A stretch of DNA of 63,759 nucleotides, counting the filler, from Lenisia limosa (lineage: Eukaryota; Protista; Breviatea), in assembly GCA_001655205.1 (NCBI GenBank). It is 11 parts of 11 records of this genome, joined end to end, with 100 filler letters (N's around TTAATTAATTAA, not from the genome) between each part and the next. Parts side by side here need not be neighbours in the genome. Positions count along the whole stretch, not along the records: positions 31,897 to 43,508 come from LPNZ01008716.1; positions 43,609 to 45,571 come from LPNZ01001572.1; 9 more parts are not named here. One strand, 5' to 3'. The notes under the pieces are model-generated. The model was not told where the DNA came from and did no database searches. It worked only from the letters and a program-made list of their open reading frames with translations. The first letter of the stretch is position 1; every line of letters begins with the position of its first letter. This document shows positions 31,797-44,822 of the stretch, piece by piece. The position numbers and the translations under genes are program-made.

Positions 31797-32589
31797 NNNN
31801 NNNNNNNNNNNNNNNNNNNNNNNNNNNNNNNNNNNNNNNNTTAATTAATTAANNNNNNNNNNNNNNNNNNNNNNNNNNNNNNNNNNNNNNNNNNNNATTC
31901 TCTCTATTTCAGTCGATAGAGTTTTCCTTTCTGAGTTAGAGGACCTTCTCACGAGCCACCTCCACGAGTTGAGCGGAACGTAGTACAGCGTACGAGTGGG
32001 TGGCTCGTGAGAAGACTCCTCTACGAAGAAGGAAAGCAACTCGACCGAGGACGAGAAGTTTGACAACGGGAAACCCTCAAAATTCGCGGTAGTTTATCAA
32101 TACTAACCTTTATATAATTGAATTAAAGACAACAAGTGCCTATAGAGGCATAGGGAGGAAAGACTAAATACTCAGAAGCTTTCCCAGTTCTTTAACTTGT
32201 TGTAATTATTGCATATTTTGTTAAAATATTAAAATATGATCTTACTAAAGACTACAGTCCTCATAGAAAGGATTGTTTGGATGCAATTCTCACATAAAAG
32301 GGGGTGATCTTGATGATCATCCAATGAAATAGATGATCACTTGATGGATAGATTTTTTTTTAAGATTTACATTTCACTCAATTTTATGATGTTGTTTTCA
32401 GCATATATGTTCACTCTGTATATGTGCTATATTTGGGTCATTTCACACGGAATGTTCTTGAATCATCTTCCTAATTACTTGTAAATTTGTGTTAAAGACA
32501 TTTGGAACTGCAATATTGCTTAAAAGTTGACGGTAAAGAACAATCTAGAAGGGGAGGCATCGGAGTTTTCCAAGAGTTTTGGGAGCTTC

Positions 32590-33308
32590 TCCATTGACTA
32601 ACCTTGTCCAGGCAACAGACATGACCGGCCAAAGCAACAAGGGAAACATGTCCTATGGATCCACCTATGTTGTTAAATAAGAAAGCCTTCTGCTCATAAT
32701 CAAATTAAACCATCTGCAAACCAAGGGATATAGATCTAAGCATTACAATAGTCTGCTATCAAAATTTGAGAAATAAATAATACATTGGAACCAGTTAAAT
32801 TTTATTAGACCTCAAGCCACCGCAGCCTACTTCTTCCACTTCGGGTTTCCCTTTGAATAAGGCTCCTCGCTGACGGGTTTGAAGACGCCAACAATCTTAC
32901 GGTCCTTGTCAAAACAAAAGTATGAGCCAGAGCTTCCCTGAGCAATGCGCTGCGGGTTGACTCCAAGAAGGATTGCCTAGGCTGTTAGAACTCTCTCACA
33001 ACCCTTAATCAAGACACGCTGTAATTAGACTCTCTTCGGCCCTCCCTCACTTCTTCAACAGACCGCAGTTGCTCCTGAAAATGAGCCTCGAACCCAGCTC
33101 GACTACAGGGTCAAAAAAGTGTGGCATTGGGGAAGGGCAAAAATGGCTCCCAAAGCAAACAGTGGGGTGAAGTCCACAGAAGGGTGGCCGACCTCCTCAT
33201 CCTATTTAGGTTATTTTCCAAATCGTACCACAAAAACAGGGTGGAGGGGCAAAGAGAAGAGCTTACAATGAGGGGTGAACATTCTAAACCTGCTTCTGAG
33301 TGGGCCAT
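32590..33308 (-). CDS. PI4K2: Phosphatidylinositol 4-kinase type II, 5' exons only
   Basis: [45 protein letters not shown]|[20 protein letters not shown] matches PI4K2/Lsb6 motifs. Later exons were not recognised before the scaffold edge. Confidence 0.85.
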
Positions 33309-33640
33309 TGCGGCTCAGATTAGGAAACCACCTTAATTTAACGCGAATTGGACTCAGGTTTCCCAGATCACTCCGCTCTGCGTAATTGGTGAAACAAACA
33401 AATTGGTTTAAAGTTTAAACTAGTCTCTTTATTGGCTCCGTTACAGTTTTTTGTTGATAATTATGGTCAAAGTGAGAAAAAAAAAAAACACTGTTTTCGC
33501 GCAAAAAATGGCGTGACACGCCAAAATGTGACATCATGCAAAAAATCGGGTGTTTTCGAATCCTCTTCAATATTTCAACCGGTTTTAGTCTGTGACCTTT
33601 AGATTTAAGGATTTAGTGAAGAGTTAGCTCTTTCCAAATC

Positions 33641-36342
33641 ATGAGACTCTCTCTCTTGTTTGTTTCCTTGGTCCTTCTAGGCTGTTATGCAGACCTTTCG
33701 GAATATATCATTAAGGTTTGGTTTTAGATTTACCATTTGCGCTGATTTTTTAGGACCCTTTCCCGGTAACAGGAAATGTTGACGACTGTTGTTTTGACGT
33801 TGAAGACCTCCACAAGCACGTTCCCTCAATGTTTAACCTTCTAGAAGATTTGACTGTTTGTTTAACATGGCAATTTTCACTTCCCTAGCACACCAATTTC
33901 TTCAAGTTCTTCAAAGTGAACTACCTTAGAGAATGCCCATTTTGGGCAGAAGAGTTCCTTTGCAGTGGGATGGGGTGCTAAGAGAACTAATACAGGGTTT
34001 TTTTTGGCAATTCTACATGCAAAAATTGACATTGGTCTAAAGTGTTGTTATGACGTAATACTTTTATACGCTTGAACCCCTTCTTTCTATCTTTTTACTG
34101 TATGGCTCATTTTCTCAGCTGAACAAGGTGGTGCCTGTTCAGTCTGCGAATGCAATGATGAAGAGGTTTGTATCTGTAGAGTTTTGAAAATTATTTCGCT
34201 TGGATCCGCTTCAATCAGCTGACTTGATTGCTTTGTTCTTGTTTTCTGGATGAATCAGTTGCTTTTACTTCCCCAACTAGATTCCTGAAACCTGGAGAGA
34301 TGTCAACGTAGACTTAAGTTCTCTCTCCAAATGGACAACAGACTTTCCTGAGTTGATGTTTACGCATGTTGACGATCAAGATGGTGGGATATAATGACGC
34401 CTGGCTCACATTTTCTTTTCGTCGTCTTAACCTCTTTAGTTAGGGCTTTTCATTACATATGCCATTAGGGTAAATATAACCTTATCATTTCGAGGAAGTT
34501 CGTTCTTAAGATGCAAAAGCTATATACAATTCTGTTTTGTCAACCATTCTGATGTGAACAGAAATGTCATATATCAACTTGCTGGAGAACCCTGAGAAGT
34601 ACACTGGATACTCTGGGTACAACTCAAGTCGCATATGGGCCGAAATCTACAAGCACAATTGCTTCCAAAGCGGTATGGAGGGGTGCTTTTTAAGTATTAA
34701 TTTGGGAGCTGAAGCAAAATCCAGCTTCGATTTGTTTATGTTTTGCATAATTCTATTTTTAAAATATAGGAGCCACAGTTTTCAAAAGAAGATTCAATGA
34801 TTTTTCAGGCCGGGTAGAAGAGATGTGCTTTGAAGAGCGTGTTTTCTTCCGTCTTGTCTCAGGCTTCCACGCATCAATCAACGCACATATTAGCTCTCGT
34901 TTCTTTGACTCTAATGGTTAGATGGGCCTTGAAAGTTCCTTCGTTTACCCATAACAATGATTATATCGTATACGTAAGTTTCTTTGAGATCACTGCAGAC
35001 CCCCACTCGCAAGGGAATTATGCTAACAATAGTTAAATCAGCCTGAAGCCCCCCCCCCCCTACGATTACAAGTCCCCGGTCACCCCACACCAGGTGAACG
35101 AGTGCCAAACTTTGAAATGTTCCGTTGGCGTCTCGGAGTCTTCCCGGATCGGGCCAAGAATATCTACTTCTCGTTCCTCTTCCTCACGAAGTGGGTGCTG
35201 TGGAACGAGATATTAAATTATTCATGCGAGAATATTTCGTCTTGACTAATTCTGACCATCAGAGCACTATCCCGCATCTCTGACCATCTCAACGAAATGT
35301 CTTTGGACACGGGCGACCAAGCAGCTGACCTTGTCACCAAGAATCTCATGTCCAAGCTGACTGCCCATCCGTTGGGGGGGGGGNNNNNNNNNNNNNNNNN
35401 NNNNNNNNNNNNNNNNNNNNNNNNNNNNNNNNNNNNNNNNNNNNNNNNNNNNNNNNNNNNNNNNNNNNNNNGACTCAGTTATTGTCACAGTATTTCTCAA
35501 AATCAAGGTACACCTTTACACTTGATCACTAAGAGGTCTCTATTTATTGTTATTGTTATTTTTTTCATCTGCTTTGTTTTTGTTTCCCAAAACTGGCTAT
35601 TATTAAGTTCTCTTATCCAAAAAAAAACACAGTATCACGGTGCCTAGGATTATCGATGAGGTGGAGCGTTTTGAGCTTTCGCACATGTTTGCCTCACAGG
35701 ACAAGGCCCAGTTGAGATCGGAGTTCCAAAAGAAGTTCGTTAACATCACGCAAATGATGGACTGTGTTGGGTGTGAGACCTGCAAGGTAGGAACCGGAAT
35801 GAGGCTTACAACATTTCTCAATTTATTCACCTTAAAAATCAATACCTGAGAATATTGAATCGAGTACTTACGTTTCCTATACATGTTACGATTTAGATCC
35901 ATGCCAAACTCCAACTTCTTGGTCTTGGAACCGCCCTCAAGGTTCTCCTCGCTAGTATGTTTATCTGTCCATATAAGAGATACAGGAGAAAAATCACCTT
36001 TTATTGACATGTTTATAATCATTGTTGATGACTTTGATTTCCACGTGTGCCCTCTTTTTTGCGGATCCTTAGATCGGCCTTCACCCCTCAGACGAAACTG
36101 ACATTCCCACGGTTGTCGCCACTTTGCAGCGAAATGAAGTGATCGCCCTCGTCAACTCTCTTGCCAAGTTCACTTCCGCCCTCCACATCTTTGATGAGAT
36201 GCATGATATTGTTGGGCAAGGGGTTTTTTTTTTGTTGAGCTAACCAATTTAGTATTACAAGCAATGGGATACCTACGTATACATTGCCTTCAACACGTTG
36301 TGTGTGTTTATTGTGGTTTTCTGTTGGGGCCGCAGGAGATAG
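33641..36342 (+). CDS. ERO1: Endoplasmic reticulum oxidoreductin 1 with predicted C-terminal transmembrane tail
   Basis: Signal peptide MRLSLLFVSLVLL, VDDCC, FFKFFKVNYLRECPFW, CSVCEC, INLLENPEKYTGYSG, FFRLVSGFHASIN, MDCVGCETCK, KLQLLGLGTALKVL, LQRNEVIALVNSL. Last exon YYKQWDTYVYIAFNTLCVFIVVFCWGRRR*. Confidence 0.95.
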
Positions 36343-36517
36343 TATGGTTCCGGTTCCGCTTTCTTTTTCACTTTTTTATGCATATGATATGATGTTTGTT
36401 TTGGCTCAACGTATCATTTTACCTAGTCTTTATTCCCTTACTGCCTTCTAAAAAACTATGAACTCGAAACAGTGTATTATACAATCTATCAAAATTACAT
36501 ACGGACAAGGGGAATAG

Positions 36518-38263
36518 TTACATCATCCAGGGGTTGCCCTTTGAAACGCCGCCTTGGACTCCGGCAATGTGGATCTGAATAGGTAACAGATTGGGCAAAT
36601 AGAAACAGTTCTAAGATGGGTGAATCTGTATTACAGTGAAAACGTAAACCCCCCTCACATGCACGGGGATGTTGACATTAGCGACATCCAGAGCCTCATC
36701 AACAGCTGTCATAAGACCGCCACAGCACGGCACACTCATGCGCAGGAGAGTGATGGACTATGAGTCGTTAATTACATTATTAGCTTTATAACACCCTGTT
36801 GGTTATTTGTCTAGTGCCTTATAAAGATTTAGTAAAGTTTCTTTCAATCTTCCCCACCTTAGGGGTTGAATTAGCGAAGATGTCAGCAAGCTTGTCAACA
36901 TTGGCCTGGCGGTTGTCCAATTTGGGGCACGCAATGACTACTGGGCGGCCGCGGAGGTATCTAAAAAGAATATGCAATTTAGGCCGAAGATGAAATGTAT
37001 CTAAAAATCCTTGGATACAGCTTAAAAAGGGGGGNNNNNNNNNNNNNNNNNNNNNNNNNNNNNNNNNNNNNNNNNNNNNNNNNNCTTCTAGATAATTCCT
37101 GGACTGAGCTCGATATTGAGGCGTACCTTGAATGGAAGTCGGGGATGGTGAAGGGTGAGCAGTCAGCCGCAACAAGAAGGTCCTCATCCTTGAAGACTGG
37201 GTTGGAGCCCTGGTTGAGACGGAGTTGGATGGGCCAATTGGCTGTATTAAATAAGTTATTCGTCCCAAAAAGACAGGGGGGGGGGGGGGNNNNNNNNNNN
37301 NNNNNNNNNNNNNNNNNNNNNNNNNNNNNNNNNNNNNNNNNNNNNNNNCTAATGAGTCAAAACGACCCAATACCAGAGCAAGTCTGGCAAACGACATGGC
37401 AACCACATTGCTCCTCCTGGTCTTACCCCACAAACAATTCAGCAGCCTTGTGCATTTTTTCCTTGATTTCAAGCTGCTTGAGATGGGCCTGGACGGCCGC
37501 CTCACTGTAGGGGTCCGACTCGCGCTGTTCAACTATAATGGCGTCTTGGGGGCACACCTTCAAACTGAAAGATTAGGATGAATTTGAGTCTGAAGAAGAT
37601 TGAATATCGTATTACCCATTTGTCTTGTAACTCTGCATGAATACACCATCGACCCCCATCCAAGCCCACCAGTCGCCAATACCGTCACAGAGGATCTCGC
37701 GGATCAAACGGGCCTTGCCTTCGACAATCTCAATGGCAGCTGAAAGGGTGAACAGACACCAGCAACTTCATCCCACGCTGCTTCAGCAGAACACTCTCTA
37801 CTCATAAAACATCAAAGAAACAATCCATGCGGGTGCGACTGACCTTCATGGCATGCCTTGACACATCTGAGAAATCAGAAAAAGGGAAGCAAAAGCTTAA
37901 AAATTGCATTTTTTGCTTTTATTTCAATTATGGATTTAGCTATACATGAATGCACGACAAAGGCTGGAAAGCATGAAGAAGAGCACAGGAAAATATCATT
38001 GGCTGGGAGCGTACTTGGCACATCCGTCGCATTTCTCGTCATCAAACCTCACAATGTTGCGAATGATCTTAGGTAAAGGGCCCTGGGCGATTAGGATAAC
38101 ACTTTCGGGCACTCAGTCTCTTACAAAGTTGTTATTATTACATCCCATGAGTGTAGCTCCTGCTGTAAACCTCGCAACAGACTGCGAGAACACTAAAGGC
38201 AATAAGATTGGGAGCTTCCTTACGAGATTTTCCGAGAACTGCACTGAAAAGTCGTAACGCCAT
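36518..38263 (-). CDS. 4Fe-4S dicluster (ferredoxin-like) protein of the anaerobic-bacterial WPxQL/CPKLD/VPCC type, with mitochondrial-like presequence
   Basis: Spliced: MALRLFSAVLGKS...IIRNIVRFDDEKCDGCAK|CVKACHEG|AIEIVEGKARLIREILCDGIGDC|LKVCPQDAI...NWPIQLRL...DLLVAADCSPF...GRPVVIACPKLD...SITLLRMSVPCCGGL...PWMM*. Confidence 0.85.
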
Positions 38264-38440
38264 TGTTTAACTGTTTATACGTTTTATTTGCGCAAAAAAA
38301 TTGAAAAATGCAAAACAAAGACTGATATTAACCCCGCACATTATACCCCTTGTTACGAATAACGGTGTTGTGCCTCTTTCTTGCCTCTTCCTGATGGTGA
38401 AACAATAGTTATTTAGTGGTTGATTGAAGATCAGATAATA

Positions 38441-41400
38441 ATGGTTCGAAAACGTTCTTCTCAGCAGGAAGAAAAGAAAATGTTTACCAACCCTGTCCAT
38501 AAACCTAATAGGTCGTCTTCTTTGAGCATCCCCCTGTTTATGCTAGTGTTGACAGCAATAGCAATTGTATCGTTATCACTTTGGGCTGGAGTTCTTGTTG
38601 GATTTGGTCGAAGAGGACACTATGGTCCACATGACTTCACGATCAAGGATTATGCGTCATTCACTGAAGAAGCCCAAGTGGAGCATACGCAGGCAACCGG
38701 TGAGCTTTAGTTTATTATGGAGGATGGCATGTGGCCGGATGCAGATAGGCCTTGCAGTGGCGGTCTTGTTTTTCACCCGTTTAGGCCATAAAACCAGTAT
38801 CCCCCCTCTTTCCCAGTCCCTGACAGATGACCTTCTATGGGGTACCTACAGACCCCAGGTTTGCTTCATTAACTATAAAATTAACTAAAATAATCACTAA
38901 TATGGACGGATATACGGATGTGTTAACGGGGAATGGTCTCTCCATATGAGAAAGGAAAAACAGCATGGTTAAGTGTCTCTCAATTATTGATTAGTAGAGT
39001 CTGCCCTAACTCATTAGGTATACATGGGAACAAAGACGCGGACAGAAGTACCAGTCTCCACGGGAGTGATGTATTGGGACGCCACAAATGCTGGAATTGA
39101 CAAGAGTATGCTGGGAGGTGTCGTCATCACTGGTCAATACCGTTGCAAAATGTGTGCATTTGTTTTTTCGTTTAGTAAAGCAGATCAAATGTAATATGAA
39201 AGACACGAACAGAAAACATATTTCTCCTAGTATGGTACTTTTCCTTCCTCAGGCAGCAATAAATCACGATCTAGAAATCCGACACAAGGCTGAGATGCAA
39301 CATGGTATCTCCTACAGTTGGACCCGGCATGACGGACGCCATCTTGCGGAACAAACAATGAAAGACTCCAAAATGGGTGTTCGCACTGAAATGTCCTGGC
39401 TGTCCGCACCGCGACACGTTGATGGTAGGCATCGCTTTGAATGAGTTTTTGTATCAATGATATTATTACGTATGCTGGAGTGATGTGATGCGGTGCTGTA
39501 GAAGTGACTGGCCTGGGCTTTGTNNNNNNNNNNNNNNNNNNNNNNNNNNNNNNNNNNNNNNNNNNNNNNNNNNNNNNNNNNNNNNNNNNNNNNNNNNNNN
39601 NNNNNNNNNNNNNNNNNNNNTTTACTCCCCCAGGCGGCGACTGGGTAATGCGTGTGTCCATGACGGCAATGACTCAGTCCGAACGCGCAGCACAAACCAT
39701 TGAGAAAACCGTATACTGGCAGCCACCGCCAAAGGAAATCGCCATGGCATTCTACCTTGGGCAAGACAAGTGGGTCAAGTGCACGGTTTCCATTCAGGTT
39801 CCGGTTTCATTACATTTGAGTTTTCCTTTTTTTACTGTACTGTAGCTTTTTTTTCTTCACATTTCCACATATTGTAAAAAGGACCAGTATGATGGCAGCA
39901 GCAAATAGATTTATAAATTGCCACCGTCCTTGGTGACAAACGCCGCCTCTCACCCAGTAGACCAGAAGAAGGCTGGCTGGACCCGCCCCACCTTGTAGCC
40001 GCGGCCGGCGACCGGGTGAGCATCACCGGCGGCGTCGACGGTCCGGTCGCCCTGTTCCAGACCCTCGTCAAACCAAGCAGCAATTCGTGGGATGAAATGG
40101 CTTCACTTTTTGGTCATAAGGGTGTTCCGAATACTTCATCAGTACTATAAATAGCATGGGTTACCGGTTTTTGTAATATTTCAGGACAAAATTCACATCT
40201 TCCTCTTTTATGAGTCTCAAAGACAACGCAACATGGAAGGCCGAGGTTTGCTGGATGGTTATAAATGGATTCGACCTGTTGATTTGAATGGGGATATTGC
40301 TGATAAAGCTATTATTCAGGATGATAGAATGTCGGGGTTTATTGACAACCTGTTATTATTGCTATAAACGTTTCAGTCAGTATAGTATGGAATTGTTCCG
40401 GTGTCTTTTACACCAAGGGCAAGCCCTACTTTTTTTCTCTAATTGACATGACCATATAGGACATTCTGTCCTCCGAAATGAGGCGGCAGGCGTTTGAGCG
40501 CACTTCCTTGCGCGAAACAGCTCAAGTGTCGCGTGACTCCCTCCCCAATGTCAACACACAGGGGGCCGATCTAGCCATTGTTATGGTAGGAATGCGGACG
40601 ATGTGCATTAACATGCTGTTTTTTATGGCTTTATGCTGTGGTGTAATTATCCTAAGGGCCTTATTAATATTTGAAATACACGTATTTACATTCTGAACAA
40701 ACAGCAGGCGACTTCGACATGAATCCTATATCAATCTTTTTGATCAAAACCTAATATATTATCCTTCTTATCTGGTCAATATTCATTAAGTTCGCATATC
40801 TGACCGAAAGGTAACTGCTGAGCTTCCCGCATCCTTTGACATTGTCTTCACGTCACTGAACGGCAGAAGTGCAGCGGAGGTCAAGGTCACTGATGACAGG
40901 TGCTCAGGGTGAACACTGAATCTTTGAAGGGTCTATAAGGGGCTGTACCCATCTAAACGGTGGTATCATTTGACTCATGGGGTGCTTTTCATCCGAACAA
41001 CCTGAGTAGTGCGTGATATTGCTGGTTCTGTGATATAAGTACATATATATTACTCCTCTTGTACTTACATATCAGTATGTCTGGAGTGCACCTCGGTCCT
41101 CGCCTCGACGCTGGAAGACAGCACTTCGATGACAAACTCTCAAGATCCTTCAAACTCCCCATCTCGGATGAGTCTTTTTTGTGGGCTTCTTACTTTTTTT
41201 TTTTTTTATTCACCAACTCATTAATCAGCTTTTAAGCCAAGCTTTAGTTATTGTCATTGTGTAACCTTTAGTGCAAATATTATTCCTTTCAGTTTCTTAA
41301 CTTATTCTGCGTAGGCCCGGTGTGCCCCTTGAAGACGCCCAGAAAATGATGTCTGACGCCTTGTCATCCGTGATTGGAGGAATTGGGTGGGCTATTGGTT

Positions 41401-43446
41401 GGTTCTGGAAATAGATGGAGGAAATAGTAGAGTATTATTTTATAATATTCCTGAACCAGTAGTTTTAACTGTGTACATAATATATCATATGAAAAACGTG
41501 TTCAAGCATATTTGGGCTCGGTCGTAACTAATCCTAGGTGGTTCACCGGACGCGGAAGACACCAGGAAGGCCGGGATATTGTCAAGTCCAAGTTCATGAC
41601 TCTTTACACCGGGGTTCCTTCAAGGTGTGGGGGGCTTCATTTTAGTAAGGTTAATTGTGAAGTGAGGAAGCTTTGTATTTTATTTCAGAAAATGTTTGCT
41701 CCCTATGAGTTTGGCACGAACTTCTCCAAACCTTTTTGGCCGAGAGCTTGGTACATTCTTGTCATTTGTCGGTATCAGGCCTCACAATGCAGATCATTTT
41801 TCCCCCGCGGCTTCCTTTGGGATGAAGGATTCCATCAAATTCTCATTTCCATGTTTGATCGCGAAATTGCGTGAGAAGGGCTTGGAACTTTTATTCTTCT
41901 GAGAAAGTATAGATACAATTATGTTTTAGCTTTGTTAATTTACATGGGCTTTACCTGGAAATATAGCTCAATATCCCCAAATGAGTGTGATGGTTGCAGT
42001 ATGGAGTGCATGCGATCGTGGCTCAACAACATGGATGAGGACGGATGGGTCCCCCGAGAGATGATCCTGGGAGACGAGGCTGCTTCAAAGGTTGGCGCGA
42101 GGACCAAGTGCCATTTCATGGGTTCCATTATATCAATTTGAAAATTCCAATTTTGAGAAATCAAGACCCGAATCGTATTGGGTATTATAGTTTATATATA
42201 TATATATATACATATATATAGTCAAAGCTTCGGACATCATTCAAAATCTCTGGACACATCAAAACTCCCGGACAGCTTGAATTTTCCTTATAAAAGTACA
42301 TAGTACTTCCCGATATTTTCGAAAGTAATTTCAGTTAGAATGCGGTTTTTTTTCATATTCTTGGCTCAAACCCAAATTAAGTCACTTGTATTAAACTGCC
42401 AAAAAGAACCAAAACCGTTATAATCGGCCACATTCAAGGAATAAATGGCAACTATCCGGGAAAGTATGACCTTGTAGAAAGCACTATTTTGAACATTTTT
42501 CTCTCAAAATTCACCATTACATAGCCAAAGCAAGGAATCCATAACCAATTACTCCGAGGGGTACAAATTTTTGTTTCTTGACACTAAAAGAGGGATAGAT
42601 TTAGAAAAAAATCCCGGGAGACTAAATTCACGGATTTTTGACACTTGCTCAAAATTGAAAAAAAAAAAGTTGGGAAACATTAAGAGGTCATTTTCTCTAT
42701 ATATCTGTCGAACCAGTTTTGCATTAAACACTACCGTTGATCCATACAAGGGGTTAACTTCAAGCTGTCCGGGAGTTTTGATGTGTCCGGTGAATTTTGA
42801 ATGCTGTCCGGAGCTTTGAGGACCCACATATATTATATATTTTTACACCTCCTGTCATTGGTCACAAATCACTCGTTTGATATTTGTACATCAATTATAT
42901 TTTACTTTACTATTATGGGCTATCTTTTCAAATTAGTATTATCCAAATTCCCTTTAAGTCTTTTACAATCGTAATATTGCAGGTACCACCAGAATTCCAA
43001 GTCCAGCGACAGAACATTGCCAACCCGCCCACTTTCATATTTGCCCTGAACAACCTCATCAACCACGGCGGTCTTCTTGAGGTCGGCTTGGGTTTGAATT
43101 GAAATAACAACACCGAATGGAATTTCTCTTTGTGGGTGGTGGCTCTACTTTCATGTTATTTTCATTGCCAAGAGTTTTAACATACCTATTTAACCCCTCG
43201 ACAGCAAGCTTTTGTTCGTTTTGCTCTTCCTCGGTTCGGACAGCACTCTCTCTGGCTCNNNNNNNNNNNNNNNNNNNNNNNNNNNNNNNNNNNNNNNNNN
43301 NNNNNNNNNNNNNNNNNNNNNNNNNNNNNNNNNNNNNNNNNNNNNNNNNNNNNNNNNNNCATTCCGAAGAGTACTTACTCAGTAGTCGCGCTCACAAGGG
43401 GGATACTGGTGGCATGGAACGAAGGGCATCCACACGCTGGCCTCAG
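38441..43446 (+). CDS. MOGS: Mannosyl-oligosaccharide glucosidase (glucosidase I, GH63), 3'-partial
   Basis: Type II membrane N-terminus, [49 protein letters not shown]|VPPEFQVQ...ANPPT, HTLASG. Confidence 0.93.
42221..42827. mobile_element. Non-autonomous TIR element M3, about 610 bp, in a MOGS intron
   Basis: About 65-bp inverted ends containing CCGGACA subrepeats (CAAAGCTTCGGACATCATTCAAAATCTCTGGACACATCAAAACTCCCGGACAGCTTGAA and its reverse complement), in a TA-rich flank. A 150-bp end-copy lies at 26821-26970 in a citrate synthase intron. Confidence 0.85.
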
Positions 43447-43946
43447 GTGGGAGCCAAGAGTTTGTCTCTGTCTCTTCAACAATACAATACAAGCATACAC
43501 AAGCATACNNNNNNNNNNNNNNNNNNNNNNNNNNNNNNNNNNNNNNNNNNNNTTAATTAATTAANNNNNNNNNNNNNNNNNNNNNNNNNNNNNNNNNNNN
43601 NNNNNNNNTTAAAGCAGGGTTTCAAATGGGGATGTTAAAGGAAGGCTTATTCTTCGATAATTAATCTATTATCCTAGACAACTTTCCCATTAAGAACCGC
43701 AATTGCCTTTATCTTATTCTCCTTATGATCCATGTTTATTCCTTAGAAGGAAGCGAATCATTTCAACTCTTTATCTTATTTCGCCTTGTCATTAGAGCGT
43801 CACTTCGGTTCAAATAATTACTGAATTTATTTTATCAGTCTTTTTTTTTAACCGAAATGAAGCCGTACTTACCATACTTTTTCCTTGAAACGATTCTCTG
43901 AACACTTTATTGCCTGTATATATCATATATGCCCAATGATTATTCC

Positions 43947-44087
43947 CTCTTATGAAACCATGTTTATATCTCTTTTGAAGCCATGTTTATACCTCTTATC
44001 AAACCATGTTTATACCTCTTATGAAGCCATGTTTATTCCTCTTATGAAACAATGAGTATTCCTCTTATGAAGCAATGTTCATACCTC
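43947..44087. repeat. About 23-bp degenerate minisatellite, about 6 copies (CTCTTATGAAACCATGTTTATAC)
   Basis: Tandem imperfect copies visible directly. Confidence 0.85.
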
Positions 44088-44102
44088 GACAGAATTCCTC
44101 AG

Positions 44103-44216
44103 GATAAGGACCAAAGCAATTCGCTCAACACTGTAACGCCGCAAACCGGCTATGAAGCTGACACTGACTACTCTTTCACCAACTCCGCCACGTTTGGCAC
44201 TAATATCTACCGAAGG
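44103..44216 (+). CDS. Isolated exon of unknown protein
   Basis: AG-bounded open segment DKDQSNSLNTVTPQTGYEADTDYSFTNSATFGTNIYR followed by a GTGAGT donor. Confidence 0.35.
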
Positions 44217-44822
44217 TGAGTACAGGACGTCGGATTTTTGGCCGAAACTCCGACTTAAGACCCAAAAATCTGACTTAGGATTCTAGTCTGGTCCTATTGA
44301 ATACTTTGCAATCCACTCTGCTGTATTCACGACTCCACTTCGGTTCGAAAATTTGCGTGCTGTTTGAAAATGACCGTGAAAAAATCGAGAGTTCTCGAGG
44401 ATTTATCGAGAAATTCAGTCTTTTCTTTTGAACCGAAGTGAAGCCTACATATGACACGAAGTACTATTAGGGGTTCACTTCGATCCAGAAAGTGACTAAA
44501 CTTCTCGATAAATCATCGATATATTGCGATAGTTTACCCGATATTGTTTGAGGCAGGAGTACTCTTTTGAAATCCTCTATGTTATATTATATCATATTAT
44601 AATAGATTCATATCATATCGAAATGCTGTACTTGTAGATGTAGGAAATCTATGAACTTATAATGCTCATATCATATCACGATTCCACTCGTGATATTTGT
44701 TCATCATTTCGACTTGAAAGACGGTCATATGATCATATCACTGGTGGATATGGGTTGTCATATTTTAATATCATATGAAAAAAAGATAAACGGAGTCGTT
44801 AACCTGTTCAGAGCCTTTAAAG

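Noticed and set aside
31896-32590. PI4K2 as a truncated pseudogene
   Set aside because: The scaffold ends about 700 bp after the last recognised exon, so the remaining exons may be on another scaffold. There is no positive evidence of decay.
33641-43446. ERO1 and MOGS (both ER folding genes) on one scaffold as a functional cluster
   Set aside because: Only two genes, separated by an unrelated Fe-S gene. Chance adjacency is sufficient.
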